From: Perna viridis
Taxonomy: Eukaryota
Reading direction: 5' to 3'
NCBI GenBank assembly: GCA_037379345.1
Contig: CM074515.1
Coordinates: forward strand, 10,726,001-10,790,000
DNA length: 64,000 nt
Shown here: positions 1 through 13,845 of the stretch, one piece after another
How positions within the stretch are numbered: the stretch's first letter is position 1
Layout of the letters: each line of letters opens with the position of its first letter
The notes under the pieces: model-generated
What the model saw: the letters and a program-made list of their open reading frames with translations, nothing else
What the model was told of the DNA's origin: nothing
Databases searched by the model: none
Program-made: the position numbers and the translations under genes

Positions 1-160
1 ATGGGGGCCATGTTTGAACATGGAGCAACACATAGCTAACCATGGTTTTGCTGTGGTCATCAGGGGTCAGTTATTTAGTTAGAAATCAAATGGATACATG
101 AAGTTCTGGAGTCCAGTCTTTAACATCAGCGACCCCTGATCTATTGAAATAATAACCTTG

Positions 161-495
161 TCAGCACAGGTTTCTGTGGAGGTAACCATGGTCAGCTCAG
201 GGGTCAGTGCAGGTAGCTATGGTCAGCTCAGGTTGTCAGTGGAGGTAGCTATGGTCGGCTCAGGGGTCAGTGCAGGTAGCCATGGTCAGCTCAGGTGTCA
301 GTGGAAGTAACCGTGGTCATCTCAGCAGTCTGTGGAGGTAGTCATGGTCAGCTCAGGGGTCTGTGGAGGTAGTCATGGTCAGCTCAGGGGTCAGTGGAGG
401 TAACCATAGTCAGCTCAGGGCATAATGGAGGTAGCCGTGGTCAGCTCAGGGGTCAGTGGAGGTAACCATAGTCAACTCAGAGGTCAGCTGTGAGG
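161..495. repeat. Minisatellite, 31-bp unit, ~10-11 copies
   Basis: Consensus GTGGAGGTAACCATGGTCAGCTCAGGGGTCA. The GGAGGT/GCAGGT core recurs at ~178, 209, 241, 272, 303, 334, 365, 396, 427 and 458. Confidence 0.95.
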
Positions 496-2251
496 TCGTG
501 TATTGAAGATTACTGGTAGTAATAAATCCTCATGGATTTTAGCACTTCATTCTTTTGTGAGGAACAAGATTTAGGAATGCTTAGTACTGGTATATTGCAA
601 TCAGAGATGTTTATATGGATGTTCTGAACTGGTTGGTTGCATGCAATGTTTCTAAACTGGTTGTGGGCGAGCTGAGGTGGGTTTAAGTATCGAGTTTCTA
701 CTGACTTAATTGATCTAACCCCCCTGGTGTTAGTTATTGTTTTGACTGAACTAGCCCTACACAAAGCCTTTGTCCATTCCTGTCAATACACAGACCACCT
801 CAATACACCAACAATCACCTGTTAATACCTGTTTGATTACCTGTAATTAATGCCAACAATAGAATTCTATTTCAGTACTGAAATTCTATACCTTTTGTGG
901 TCAAAGTGGAAATAGACCAATTACTTAACAGTTTAATGGAATATAATAGTCCATCATTAATTAATTATTTACAGAAACTTTACGTAGGTCAAACATAGTC
1001 AAAATTATGTCATTTTCTGATTGGAATATAAACAAGATAGCCTTATAAATAGTTAAATTATCTTTTCAGGTGTGGAAAGTGGTTTAGTACTTACATGACA
1101 ATTGTTATTTTATTTCCAGATTCATGGTCATTAATAGTATTGTTATAGTATAGATTTATCTATCTAATTTACTGGAAGGGATTTTGATTGTGAAAAAAGA
1201 AAAGGTATGAAAATTTGAATTGTACTTTTATTACAATGGAAAATTTTATATTTCAAGTTAAATGAAATGATGGTCAATGTATTGAAGTGGACAGATTTTC
1301 ACTTTTTAAAGATTAGATTTCAGAGTTATGTCCCTTAATCGTTTTCCCATCATTTATAGGTGGTCTGAAATTATATTTTATTTTGATTTTAGGCATGGAA
1401 TTTTTTTTATAAGAGTATGAATTTAAAAGATGCAAATGAAGAAACAGCTGTTAAGATTCTCACTTTTCTTTTAATTCTATGGTGACCTTTCCTCAGAGTG
1501 CAGGTATACCTAAAAAACAAAGTTACTATTTATCAGAAGATGGAGATTAGACTTTCGACCAAGTAGGTCTAATCCCTTCCCCCGGGTTGTTGTTGTTTTG
1601 ATTTCTGTCAGACAAGACTATCACTCAGACTTCAGATTTATACATGCTTACTTAGGCATTGACTATACATGGCTGAATACTTTGTATATCTACAGACACA
1701 CCAGAGTATGAATAGTGGAAAGAATATTCTCAATGTTATTCTTGTCTTATCTTTGTGAAATCTTCTTTAAGGGCTGAAATTTTAAATTTATTGAATGAAA
1801 CAGATTACATTGATACAGGAGTTTATAGGTGACCCAGAATTTATAGTTGGCTCAACCTTATTAACAACATATGGGAGAGATTTGCCTTATTTTCTGTTTT
1901 CCATTCAGTTGTATTATTCAACTGGAATGAACCTTTTGCTGCTGATAAAATAGTTGCCTGGAGTAGATTAGCTATAACAAGTTTTTACACAACTGGTGAA
2001 AAATTTGTGAAAAAATAAACCTATGATATCTGTAGGTAAAAAAATACTTTTCTGTTAAGTGCTGATGGTATTACACCTGCTATTATCTGTTGTACTGATA
2101 ATTTGGTATCAAATCTACAGTTTTGTTAACTTGGGGAGGAATGTAACAGGTTGAAGTGAAGACATGGTCTATGTCAGGCTGATATGATGACTTTTAATGA
2201 TGAAGAAAAAGAAAAAAAATACTATCATGAAGTTTGATTGCCAACTTATTT

Positions 2252-2410
2252 TTGCCTCCTCAAGGAGTAAAATACCCCTCCCCGATTGTGTTGTTTTAGT
2301 GTAGCCAGAAACATTTCAATTCATATGACTTGTTTCTTTATACTATTGCCTCCTCCAATGGGAGAAAAACCTCCATCTATGGTTAAATAGAGTGAGGAAC
2401 ATTTCAAATA
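2252..2410. repeat. Degenerate tandem duplication (~90-bp period)
   Basis: TTGCCTCCTC...GGAG.AAAA occurs at ~2252 and ~2346, and AACATTTCAA at ~2309 and ~2398. Confidence 0.5.
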
Positions 2411-3493
2411 ACAACAAACTAAATAAGATACAAAAAAAAAATACCAGTCATATACCTATATCGTATACCTATATTGCAAATTTCTATATGATGTACACAT
2501 GTTTCAAGGAGTAAGCTCTCATTAGCAGCATTAGAATAAATATATAGGAATATCTGAATCCCTAATCAAGTATATACAAGTAGTACTTGTAACCAAAACT
2601 ATCAAAATAAGTAGCCAGAGAGGTTCTACCACGTGTGATATAATATTCAGTACCTTGTTTATATAAGTGTTACTGTTTCTGTTTTCTTAGAAGTCAATAT
2701 AATGAATCTATGAGAAATGTCATGGTTTATGTGAATTCTTTATTTTTAGGACTTCTAAATATGATATCATGCATCATAGAATTTTTTCAGCCAATTTTTT
2801 AGCGAATAATGTATTTTTGTTCATGTTTGTTCTACCTCTATTGACATTATTCTGTTCAGTATTGTATGATAATAGAAAACAAACATTGGCTATAGGTATG
2901 AGTGGTCAAAATGGTTTATATTTATTGGAAAATTGGAACTGGATGCAATTCATATTTGTTTGATTCAGTTAAAGCCTGATGTAAAACTTCAAATTTACAT
3001 TGTCATAAAATAGCTTATTCTAGCATTGCTTACAAGACATGTACATGTAATCTGAAAAATTATTATTACAAATACTACAAAAATCTATTCTGTGTGGCTT
3101 TTTTTTTATCTAAAGGACATTTACAGAGTCTTTAAGTTGGGTTAGAGGTATTAGGTACACTTTCTGAATGTTAAACTAGCCTGGAGATAAATGGTTGATT
3201 TTTGAGGATTTAGTTAGATAAACAGTCTGATGAGAAACTGAGACACTTTCATGTTAACCTTGTCATAACCAGATAAATGCATATCACTTGTACTAAGTAC
3301 ATCTAGAATTTCCCTAGCATGCAATACACAGTGTCAAGTCAGTAGATTTAATATTTATTTTTTAAATTAAACAATCTCATTTTTTCGAGGGTTGTCTGGG
3401 TTTTTTCAAGTGGATTAAATTGTTATAAATGTGGAATGATCTCCTTGATAAGTTCTTCTCATTGTCATCAGAGTTATTTGTTTTTAATTTATG

Positions 3494-3604
3494 GGTCTAG
3501 ATCGTGGGGTGTGTATTACAGCATGTTAGAGGACATTTTGGTCTATATCGTGGGGTGTGTATTACAGCATGTTAGAGGACATTTTGGTCTAGATCTTGGG
3601 GTGT
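3494..3604. repeat. Tandem duplication, 46-bp unit, ~2.4 copies
   Basis: GGTCTAGATCGTGGGGTGTGTATTACAGCATGTTAGAGGACATTTT starts at 3494 and 3540 (1 mismatch), with a partial copy at 3586. Confidence 0.95.
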
Positions 3605-3881
3605 ACATTTGAATTTTGTCAGGCTTTATTGACTTTCTTGTAATTGTATTCATGCAATGTATTATTGTGATGTACTTTTATTCTCAGGTAATGTTAAAGA
3701 TACCTGTTAAACATTATGTTTTACTTCTTTCTGTCAATCAGGAAAAAGCCATATTTGCCTTTCTTAGCACCTTTATCTTTTTGGGATAACAAGACTTTAA
3801 GCATCCTAGCTCATCATAAGTTTATAAAAGAGTCTGCTCTATGTAACTAGTTATGCTTTCTGCAAGGAAACAGATATAAAG

Positions 3882-4279
3882 GGACTAAAGACTACACTCA
3901 CATATGGTGTAGGTGTATAGCTCCTGGACCAAAGACTATTATCACATATGGTGTAGGTTTATAACTCCTCGACTAAAGACTATACTCATATATGGTGTAG
4001 ATTTATAACTCCTCGACTAAAGACTACACTCATATATGGTGTAGATTTATAGCTCCTGGACTAAAGACTATACTCACATATGGTGTAGGTGTATAGCACC
4101 TGGACCAAAGACTATTATCACGTATGGTGTAGGTTTATAGCTCCTTGACTAAAGACTATTATCACATATGGTGTAGGTTTATAGCTCCTGGACTAAAGAC
4201 TATACTCGCATATGGTGTAGGTTTATAGCTCCTGGACTAAAGACTATAAACACATATGGTGTAGGTGTATAGCTTCTGG
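3882..4279. repeat. Minisatellite, 44-45-bp unit, ~9 copies
   Basis: Consensus GGACTAAAGACTATACTCACATATGGTGTAGGTTTATAGCTCCT repeated head-to-tail. Confidence 0.95.
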
Positions 4280-4494
4280 TTATGGCTCTTACAAAGTATG
4301 TTTCTTTACCAGGAAGGTTCAGTTCTGAAATATCCATTGTAAAGGTTTACAGTATCAAACCTCACAAGGGAGAATCATACTAAGTCCTGTTGTTGTTTTT
4401 AGAATTGTGTTATCATTTTGCTGTATCCAGATTTTTTTTAGTTTGATTGCTGCAGTCAGTTTCATTCCCTGTATCATTGCTACTTCTTCTTCCA

Positions 4495-5214
4495 TTTTTA
4501 TATGCCCATCTAAGACAGGACGTATTATGGTATACCGTTGTCCGTCGGTTGTCCACATTTCGAACAATAACTCAAAAACTCTTTCGCCAACTTTAATGAA
4601 ACTTTGGTGAATTGTTCATATCTATTGACGTAAGCTCCCTTTTGATTTTTATAAATTTTAGATTTTTTGTTTCCGTGTCATGTATTTTTTTCCTTAAAAA
4701 GGGGAATTTTCAAGTTTTTGGACATTAACTCAAAAACACTTTCACCTACTTCTTTGAAACTTCGGTGAATTGTTCATATCTATTGAAGTAAGCTACCTTC
4801 CAATTTGTATAAATGTCAAATTTTACGTTTCTCTGTTATGAAGTTTTACTCTTTAAAAAAGACTGGAAACAGCCAAAGATATTTTATTCGTTGAAAAATC
4901 GTTTAAAACAGACCATTTGTTATGATGATCGACTAATAAATATAAAAGGTACTTGGTAACCTTGTCAGAAAAGTGTGTTTTAAACAAGATAGCAGTGTAT
5001 GGGTGAAAAATCAAGACAACAAACTTAGTTATAATTGAGGTTGCCTTGATGGTGCCAAATTTTTTGTGCATTTTTTATTTACTTTATTTTTTGGGGGGAG
5101 AGTATTTGACAGGGCTCACGGTATTTCTAATTGATCATATAAATTCATTTAAAGCATAAGGACAAGTTAAAAGGGCAATGAGTGTATTATGCGCTTAAAG
5201 CGCAGCTCTTTATT
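4495..5214 (+). mobile_element. Non-autonomous Helentron-associated (HINE/DINE-1/pearl-like) element
   Basis: T-run followed by a degenerate 5' subterminal inverted repeat (TATATGCCCATC...GACAGGACGTAT) and a GTCY-type microsatellite remnant (TGTCCGTCGGTTGTCC). Two ~158-bp core repeats (TAACTCAAAAAC at 4568 and 4726). 3' subterminal repeat remnant, hairpin TGCGCT-TAA-AGCGCA (5190-5204), ending CTTTATT. This is the established architecture of bivalve HINE/pearl elements. Confidence 0.85.
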
Positions 5215-6846
5215 CAGTAATGTCGCTGCATCCAGTTTCATTTTCAATAAGGTTTGTCCATCCTGAGCAATTTTAATAAAATTGCATCCAGTTTCATATT
5301 GTGTTATGTTTCATTCATTCTTTGTTATGTTGGTCTGTCTTGTTTCATTTACAGTTATGTTGTTACATCCAGATTTCATTGTTAGTAATTTTCGTTAATG
5401 TTACTGTTTTCTTTTTTCAATATTTTGTTAAATTGTTTTGTAAGTGTTAAATTACCCAGGAACTTCATTCCATAAGGAGGGCATGTAAACTATTATTTGG
5501 CAGTGTTAAAGACAAGTTAATTTGCTAGCATGGTCCTAAAGAGATTCTATCTGGTTTTTTTTCTTGGGTAAGAAAAAATTCCCAATCCTAACGAAATCTA
5601 GATATGAAATGAAAACAAGTTTATACAAAGAGATATTTTAAAAGAGCTTTTTATGTTAAATCTTCTGAAATAATAAATACTGAAATCTGAAAAGTGTTTA
5701 ATTTGGTATGAATTTTAAAACCATTGTATAAGATTTTAGAATGATTTCTAAAGGTGTGAGAAACAAATTCATTCATCTATTAGTTCAAGCAAGAATATAA
5801 TTGTCGAAGGGTTGATTACACCTCAAACACGGCAGTAAAAATAGCCAAACAGAAAGACTTTGTACACAAAAGACTCCTTTGACAGTTTATAAAATAGAAA
5901 TATAAAACTGACAAATTATTCATTGTGGAGCTATGTTTTACCCATAAAAGGACAAAAATACAATTTGTTTTTAAGTGATGAAAAACCATATATCATTTGA
6001 GAACAAGTGTCATCTTAAAGATAAAACAGAACCCAAGGTATAAATATATTTTGTGGAGGACCATAAACACTATTGACAATAGCTGCCCGGTACTGTTTAT
6101 GGTTGGTGAACTTTCATGGAGTTTTAATCACCATTCAAAACCAAATGATTTGGACAACGAGTCACTTACTGACCATAACCCTGTGTTTATCTAAAACTAT
6201 ACATTATAACTTTTTTGCTGCAGTAACAAAAGATTTGAACTGATTCTGATCACAGATTAGATAGGTTATGACTTGCGTTGATGATGATCATAGAAATTTG
6301 AGCAAGATTTAGCGTAAGATTGTCACAAATTACTACTGTATCTGTTATTAAGTCAAAAGGGGATCTCAATTTTATGATAAAGAATTCTCAGACTTACACT
6401 GTACCTTAAAATTAGGTGCAATATTGTAATGATGAGTTGATCCCATTATGATGGATAGAGAAATATATCCTTTTATCCTTTTCACCAAATAATGATTATA
6501 CGATTATAAAATCTAATTTGCATATTGTTGTTGGTAACATTATGATCCTTAAAAGGCATCATTGTAGATGTGACAAGAATATTATTGTGATTTACTGTGT
6601 TTTTGGGGGTGTTAGTACTATTATGTTGATACACTACAGTGCATCAAATTATATATCGACTTAAGTTAATGACGAAAAGTTTTAATGGGCCTTGAATGTG
6701 TTCTCTATCTAATGCATAGTTTAGAAGTCGTCTTTTGATATTTGCTCATTTCTACTAAAAAAGTTTTGTATTTATTTTCATACACAAATGGTGTATGAAT
6801 TTACTCTTCTCAGGTTTGATCTCCTTTGAAAGGAGGATATTCTGTA

Positions 6847-7241
6847 TTATTATACCCCCCCCTTATTGAGTGGGTGGTATATTCGAATCACCTTGTCATT
6901 CCATCTGTCTGCTCTTCCAAATGTTCGATCAATTATCTCGGGTCCAAATAGATGAATTGATTTCAGATTTGGTGTGTGGCTTCAAATAGATTAGATATGT
7001 TTTAAGCAGTTGTAGTTGCTCTCCAATATCCCTGTCTTTTTTGCTATATGAAAAAATAAGAGACAATTTTTGTCACAAACATCTTGGCTCACAATGGATG
7101 GATTAATTTCAAATTTGGTTTGTGTCTTCACATAGTTGGGGCCTATGTTGTAAGCAACTTTGGTTGCACTTCAATATCAACTTCCCGTATAAGTGTGGGT
7201 ATACATAGTACGACGACACATGCTACTTCATGATATACTTT
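6847..7241 (+). mobile_element. Degenerate Helentron-associated (HINE-like) element
   Basis: 5' TTATACCCCC...GGTGGTATA inverted pair, TCCATCTGTCTG microsatellite remnant, two diverged core copies (ATTTGGTGTGTGGCTTCA at ~6967, ATTTGGTTTGTGTCTTCA at ~7113), and 3' GTGGGTATAC inverted relative to the 5' end. Confidence 0.65.
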
Positions 7242-10200
7242 GTCAATTTGCTGTGTTTTGATGGGTTCAATACAGGGGTAATATTCTGCTCCATTACATA
7301 TCTCGGAGGTTAACCATTTTTTCATCTATTACCGTCATGTGACAAGGGAAATGAACTAGTCTATCACCTTGTATTAAAAAATGTTCTAAAAATACATCAA
7401 CAGTCACTTCATTTAGGCTGGAATAAAACTTTCCAATTAATTAAGAATTAAGATAAAAAAAATAATAAAAGATTGACATTGCCTTCTCTTAAAATTTATT
7501 TATTTTTTTAATAAGGAGAAAACAAAAGCCTAACTTTAAGTATTGTGTGTATGATTGTGATGGTGCCAATCAATAGAAAGCTTTAAGTTACATAAACTAG
7601 TACCTCGGTAGTCTAGTGTCATATCTCATCTACTAGGCTGACTGTATGTTGTCTGGAGGTCATCTTAAACTTGATATCGCCCTTGGGAAATATTAATGGT
7701 AGCTTGCTAGGCTAATTCTCTGTTGGCATCAGATGCCTGAGGTACTTAACTGTCACTATTTAGTGTACAATGCCAGTTTTGCTCCAATCTAAGCCCATAG
7801 AGAGCTGTCCTTTCTTCTATGGATCTGTGTCCTATTGGAGTCTTTTTTTTTCAGCCACACATACACACATACTTTTTCCCACTCTCTGAATTAGTTTGAC
7901 ATAAATCTTTTGTTATGTTGCTGGTTCATATATAGTGTGTGCAAACTCAAATCATTTATAAAGTTTGTACCAAATATATACTAAAACATGTGATATTGAT
8001 GAAAATTAGATATCCAGACAAAAAGATGTTGTCAGGTTAACCATTGAAAGCATTAGAAGGTAAAAAAGAAAATAAGAAATTACTTGAAAGCTCAGATGTC
8101 AATGTGAAGAAAAAGTTTACGGAAGATATAAATAAAACTTATCATTTTGGTCAAGATGCAGTGCTATGCTGTTAAATATTGGTAATGACGAGAAAGATGA
8201 GGTCATATGTACTTACGAAATTTTCAAAAATTCATAATGTTTTCAAACAATAGAAGAAGTGCAGTTGTATCAGTCAAATTTTACCTTGCTATATTTCTCT
8301 GGGATTAGAAGGTATGATTAAGAAAAGCAATGAAAAAAAGATGGAGAAAAAAACTCTTCGATGTTGGTGAACTGGTATGAAATTCACGACATATATGAAA
8401 ATGCTAATTTCTATGCAAGATAGAAGGAATGTCTCTTCAGTATCAAGCTAATACATATTGTATTCAAACATTCTTTCAATGTCAGGCCAGTGTGACCGTA
8501 TAAATGTCAGTTAAAGTTTTGTCACCTCTGTTTTACATGAAACTTTATATCAATGCATTTTACTTTACATTGGTTCGGATGTTTGATGTGTCTAATTCAG
8601 GTTTTGGGTTGATTAGATGAATGTTCATATATCACCATGGACTTTGATTTTGAACTTTGACCTTTTCACTGAGTGACATATTCTGGATTTTTCTTGATAT
8701 AATCTTAAATCAATTTCTTCTGAGAATTTTTTGTTGTTTTTTCTTTTTCTTTTAAGATCTTTGGGGTAATAGCCTTCAGATTTTAAACATCAATGAAAAC
8801 TAAATTTAGTTAAACATTGCTCAGGACAAGGGAAAAATCTGCTTGTAAGTTAATTATACATGTAATGTATATGGATGATTCTTTGTTGATTGACAGGGGT
8901 AACATGTTTTTCACTGTAAAAAAATTTGTAGATATTTGTAAAACATATGCTATATCATTGTAAGACTAGATCATGTTACTTTTTCTGAAACTCAATCTCT
9001 GTCTTACACCATCTTATCCCATCTGCCTGTTTATCAAACTTGATGACCTATGTGATTTATTAAATGATGATGTCTTCTGTGTGTTTTTTTGTCCTCTCTC
9101 TCCTATTGGTTCATGTTCAAAGCAGGTATCATTGTCACATCTACCTATTTGGTTTGGGGCTTGTATTCATATACCACAAAATGGTCAAAAATTAAAATTA
9201 TCTAATTAAAATATAAAATTTGATACAAAATTGAATGAAAACATCTGAAATTAAAATTTGCAATAGAGAGGTCTTTTGTGATGGTTTAATTTTCCTGCCC
9301 GCAACGACTTTGTCCGTTGAATCGTCACGCCAGTATTGTATTACCAGGTTATTAAGGTTCTGTGGGTTAATAAGAACTCATGCTTTCAGACACAAAGACA
9401 ATTTTATATGTATTTTCATACATGAAGTGTTTAGACAGCAATTACTTGTGTTTTTATTGCATTTAGTAATAGAGAATTTGAACCTTTTATGATTTTTTTG
9501 GATATTAGTCCAGTCATTGCACTCAATACATATAATTATGTTTTCAATAGAGTATAAAATAAGTTGAGTTAAATGAGATGGCAGGCAGCTGCTCCGATCT
9601 CAGTCGCGTGGCAAATGATGACTTTATTACTTCCTGTTAGCCCTTTTTCTTTTGAAGAAGTATAAGGTATCTTCACTATATGGAGGACACACCGTGGAAA
9701 AAAGAAGTTCAAACTCATGTAACAACAAAATAAAAATGTCTAAACAATGTTAACATTGATGGCTATAAGTTATATGCTGGAGTTTGAATGTAAAAGGGTT
9801 CATGACCCTTTTATGCTCATTATATTAAAGACAAATGCACATTATTACAAGTTTATACCTCTTTTATAAAATGTTGTCTTTTCAAAGCTTAAGTGTTAAT
9901 TTATAAGGATACAGTTTGTTTGATATTTGAATTTTTTTGTGAGTCCTGATTGTGTTCTGGAAACCTTTTTTCTTTGTCTAAAGACACCTGTATCTATATT
10001 TTTTATTCATTTCACTCCGTCTTTTCTTCCTTTTTAAATTTATCTTCCTGCTTAAAGAAGAAAACCAGCTTCAAACAATTATTTTCTGTTTTACTGTATA
10101 TTATAAGTTTAAAGTTAGATTTTAGGTGTTTCGTGACTTTTTTCTGCTTTTAATAACCATTCAGGCTTAGATAGAAGGCATACTGTAAGGAATCTGTAGA

Positions 10201-12138
10201 TCTCATTACAATTGAAGCAATTATTTGGGAATAAAATAATATTTTGTTCTGATTTCAGATTTTAATGAGCATTGATAAAAGGATTAGATGAAAGGGAAAT
10301 ATGAGCCTAATCAGAAAATATAAAGTAATATTTCATATTAAGGTGACTTTTTGCATTTCTTTTTCATGTAGAGAAAAGCTCCATCTGGTGACTGGGATAA
10401 ATACCTAGATTGTAGACATCAGAGGATCCAAGGTAATTACAGTTAAGCCATATCACAATACAGGTTGCATGTCCCCTCTCAGGTAGACAAGGGGATTAGG
10501 AAGGTTAAGATGGAAGGTCACCCACAAGATGTAAAACTTCATTTTCAAGCATATCATCCATTGTACTGAGAACAATTATCATCAATATATTCATTATTGA
10601 CATATGGTCCAGTGTTCAGTAGACTTTTGTTATTTATTTCTATGAATAACCAATGATAAATATAGAATAAATAATTGAAATTCATTGGTCTATATTCTAA
10701 TATCTGAACTTCTGTTGTATTTCATGCTGAATTTTTGCTTTGAAAAATTTGAATTGATGAATAAATTGTTTTTAATCTCCAAGGTCAACTTTTACACGCT
10801 TTCTGCACTAATTCAGTGTATTTTTTACAAGTGAAGAAAATATTATTTCATGGATGAGAAATGTATTTTTTTTCAGGAACACATCTGTTACACTTCCTTT
10901 TATATTTCTGAATTTTGAGTGGATTTAACAAGAATTTTGGTATTCAGTAAAAAACATCTGAACATGTAAAAAAAACAATGACAAGAAACCTAGTACATGT
11001 ACATGTATAAATTTGGATGCATGAACTAAATAGATACACAGGGCATTTTCTGAAAACAGAAATCACAATGAAGCTTAATAATTATATATACAGAGATAAA
11101 ATGTTCTGTTGTCCCTTTAAGCAATGAAGACATGGTGGTCAGAGATATAATTTTATGAGCCGGCAAATTTTGTTGCATTTCATTCCTACAACTTCTGTAG
11201 TATATACATAGAAATTTCAATAAATTGATATTTAGTCTGTTTGCACAGTCTGAAGATACCCTGATAACAAAGAGACCATGAAAGGGACGATAACGTTCAT
11301 GCAATAAGATAGGACAATCTGTATGTCATTGATACACTATTTGAATTCATGTACATTGATCAGCTGATCTCACCATCCCCAGACTCCAACAACCATACAG
11401 TCGATTAATGGTCTGATAGTGGGTGTTTAAACTTTCGTTGTCTTTTAAATGTACATTTTAAACATGGGAAAAGTGTAGTTCTTCAGTAAAAGTGCTTTAA
11501 GGATAGGTCTATATTGTATATTGTATCTGATCATATCATGGTCAATAGAAGATATTTTGAAGGATGGAACCATTAACTTCCAACAGTACAGATGATTGAC
11601 AGATGTTGCATGTGTGGTTTGCAGTAGATTTGTCACAGAAGCAAAATATATTGAAAATGTAGGCAGAGGGTTAAAACAAAAACTCTATACAATATGTACA
11701 TTAATAGGAGAATTTCATTTGACTACTACTTCCATCATGTTATTCAGACATTAATTTCTGGTTCCATTGATCATAGTTCTGTTATGATGAGATTTTATTG
11801 CAGGTTTTAATGCTATAATTGATAAAAATTAAATCAAATCCTGTTTTGTCTGTGTTTGCTTAATCAGCGGAAAGAGCTACAAATTTGTTGTAGAGAATGG
11901 TACATGGAGCTCTCAGACAAGGCATTAATTATACTTAGCTATAATTCAACTCTATGATGTTTAGTTTATATCTCTACTGCATGAACTCAGTACATGTACT
12001 GGTAATCATACTGATATTGTAGAGGTCTTTACACTTATATCAACCTTTGCATAAGATGTTACATGTTCTACATTTTTTTCATAATAAAGTCTCCTTATGA
12101 AATGAATTATTTCTAACTTCACTACATAAAATAAATTA

Positions 12139-12556
12139 TGTCATAGACGCTGTTCCAAGGACAGTCCCTTTGTCATAGAGACTATTCCTGGATTGGGTCC
12201 CTCTGTTATAGAGATTGTTTTAGAATAGGACCCCTTTGTTGTAGAGACAATTCTAGGAAAGGGTCCTTATGTCATAGATGTTGTTTCAGGATTTGTTATT
12301 GAGACTGTTCTATGAGATGTCAAAGAGGCTGTTCCAGGATTAGGTCCCGTTGTCAAAAAGACTGTTCCAGGATTGAGTCCCTTTGTCATCGAGAGGGTTC
12401 CTGGATTGGGTCCCTCTGTCATAGAGATTGTTTCAGAATTGGACCCTTTTGTCACAGAGGCAATTCCAGGAAAGGGTTACTTAATCGTAAAGACTGATCA
12501 AGGATAGGGTCTTTCTGTCGTAGAGACTGTTATTGGATTTGGTCCCTTTGTCATAG
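12139..12556. repeat. Degenerate minisatellite, 33-bp unit, ~12-13 copies
   Basis: Consensus TGTCATAGAGACTGTTCCAGGATTGGGTCCCTT. It explains the 11-aa periodicity of ORFs 12267-12455 and 12312-12497. Confidence 0.92.
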
Positions 12557-13664
12557 GATTTTATTTAATGTTTCCGTTCCTTTCAAAGAACTTCCCTCAA
12601 GCTCCTTCTGGTTGCCAGTACTTTTAAAGATACTGTTTCATTTTAACAGTTTAGTATTGTCAGTAATAAGTAAATGGCACTTACTAATTGCTTAGTCATT
12701 GGGGTAATTTAAAAAAAAAAAACATGAATGGTTGATAAATGATTATGATAAGGGTCGCATCAATTATCTTTAGACGTACTGTTAGTGTCTTCTTGTGTGG
12801 CTTTATGGAGGGCCTAGGTTGTTAGGAGCCTCTAGTTTTTGGAATTGTGTGTGTAAAGTAGTGGAAATAATGTTGAGCTTTTTATAAAAAGTTATGAAAG
12901 AGAACAAATTAGTCTTTTCATTCCTTTTCAACACTGTTATGTATAACTACAGGCATTAGTCATGTGATTTTGCATTCTGGTTTTTTAATATATTCATAAT
13001 AGACCGCAGAGAAGTAGAATATAGTATGCACCCATACAAAAGAAATTAATGAGACGAATGCATATTAATTACATAATTGTCAAACAAAGTGGAAAAATTT
13101 AAAATGGATTTTCATTAAATGCCATTAAAAATATCAAAAATTGGATGTCATGCTGGCTTTATTTTATCAAATGAAATTACATTCATATTTGAGCAGTTAT
13201 TAAAAGTATTTATACTTCTAGGATCAAAAAAGGTTTCCCACTGATCAGAGAGCTGCAGCTGATAATGGTTGTTTTTTCTCCCCATTTTAAAGTCTGTGAT
13301 TGCTTAATATAAAACAGCTAAGTCAGATGACACCCTGGAGGATAGCAATTTGTTTTAATCATATTACCATTGCATGCTATTCATTTCATATTGTTTTAGC
13401 TGTGGGTAAAATGGTAAACTAGAAAATAGGAATTGGAGTGGATTTTTTTTCATTGATGTTTTCATTATACATGGCCTAATGATAGCCCTTGGAACTTTTA
13501 GAATAGAATCTTTTCATGGTTTTGATTTGGTGTTACTATATGATACACATTTGAACTTGCATTGTTAAATTCTTTCTAAACTAGAATTAAAAAAAAAGTC
13601 AGTACAAATAGTTTTAAAACACAAGGAAGCACTTCAAACAGAGAGAGCTTACAAAGAAACCACA

Positions 13665-13845
13665 CAGGCGTGAATCCAAGTACATGTACTGGCATACCGG
13701 TAGTACACTCTCCCTCCTAAATCTGTAAGAAATGTTTTTTTCACCACAAGTTTCACCCCATAATATTTTTTGCCTTGCTTTGCCCAGCATTTAATTCAAT
13801 TAACGCCCCCCCTCCCCCCCCCCCGAACTCATGGATCCGCCCCTG
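13665..13845. mobile_element. MITE with CAGGGGCGGATCC-type terminal inverted repeats
   Basis: Left end CAGGCGTGAATCCA matches the reverse complement of right end TGGATCCGCCCCTG at 11/14 positions. A subterminal C-run is typical of this MITE type. Confidence 0.75.

Noticed and set aside
59-140. 10-bp inverted repeat ATCAGGGGTC/GACCCCTGAT
   Set aside because: No TSD or further pairing. The left arm is a decayed unit of the adjacent minisatellite.
3675-3693. Recursive-splice (YnCAG|GT) site, with similar sites at ~10482, ~27287 and ~54404
   Set aside because: None combines a strong pyrimidine tract with a consensus GTAAGT. Such sites are expected by chance in a T-rich strand.
3882-4279. This and the other 31-62-bp arrays as CRISPR arrays
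   Set aside because: Units are head-to-tail with no unique spacers, there are no cas genes, and the context is eukaryotic.
12805-12840. AGGAGCCTCTAGTTTTT as the 3' end of another HINE element
   Set aside because: No subterminal repeat, core or 5' module is detectable upstream, and it is too short to call.
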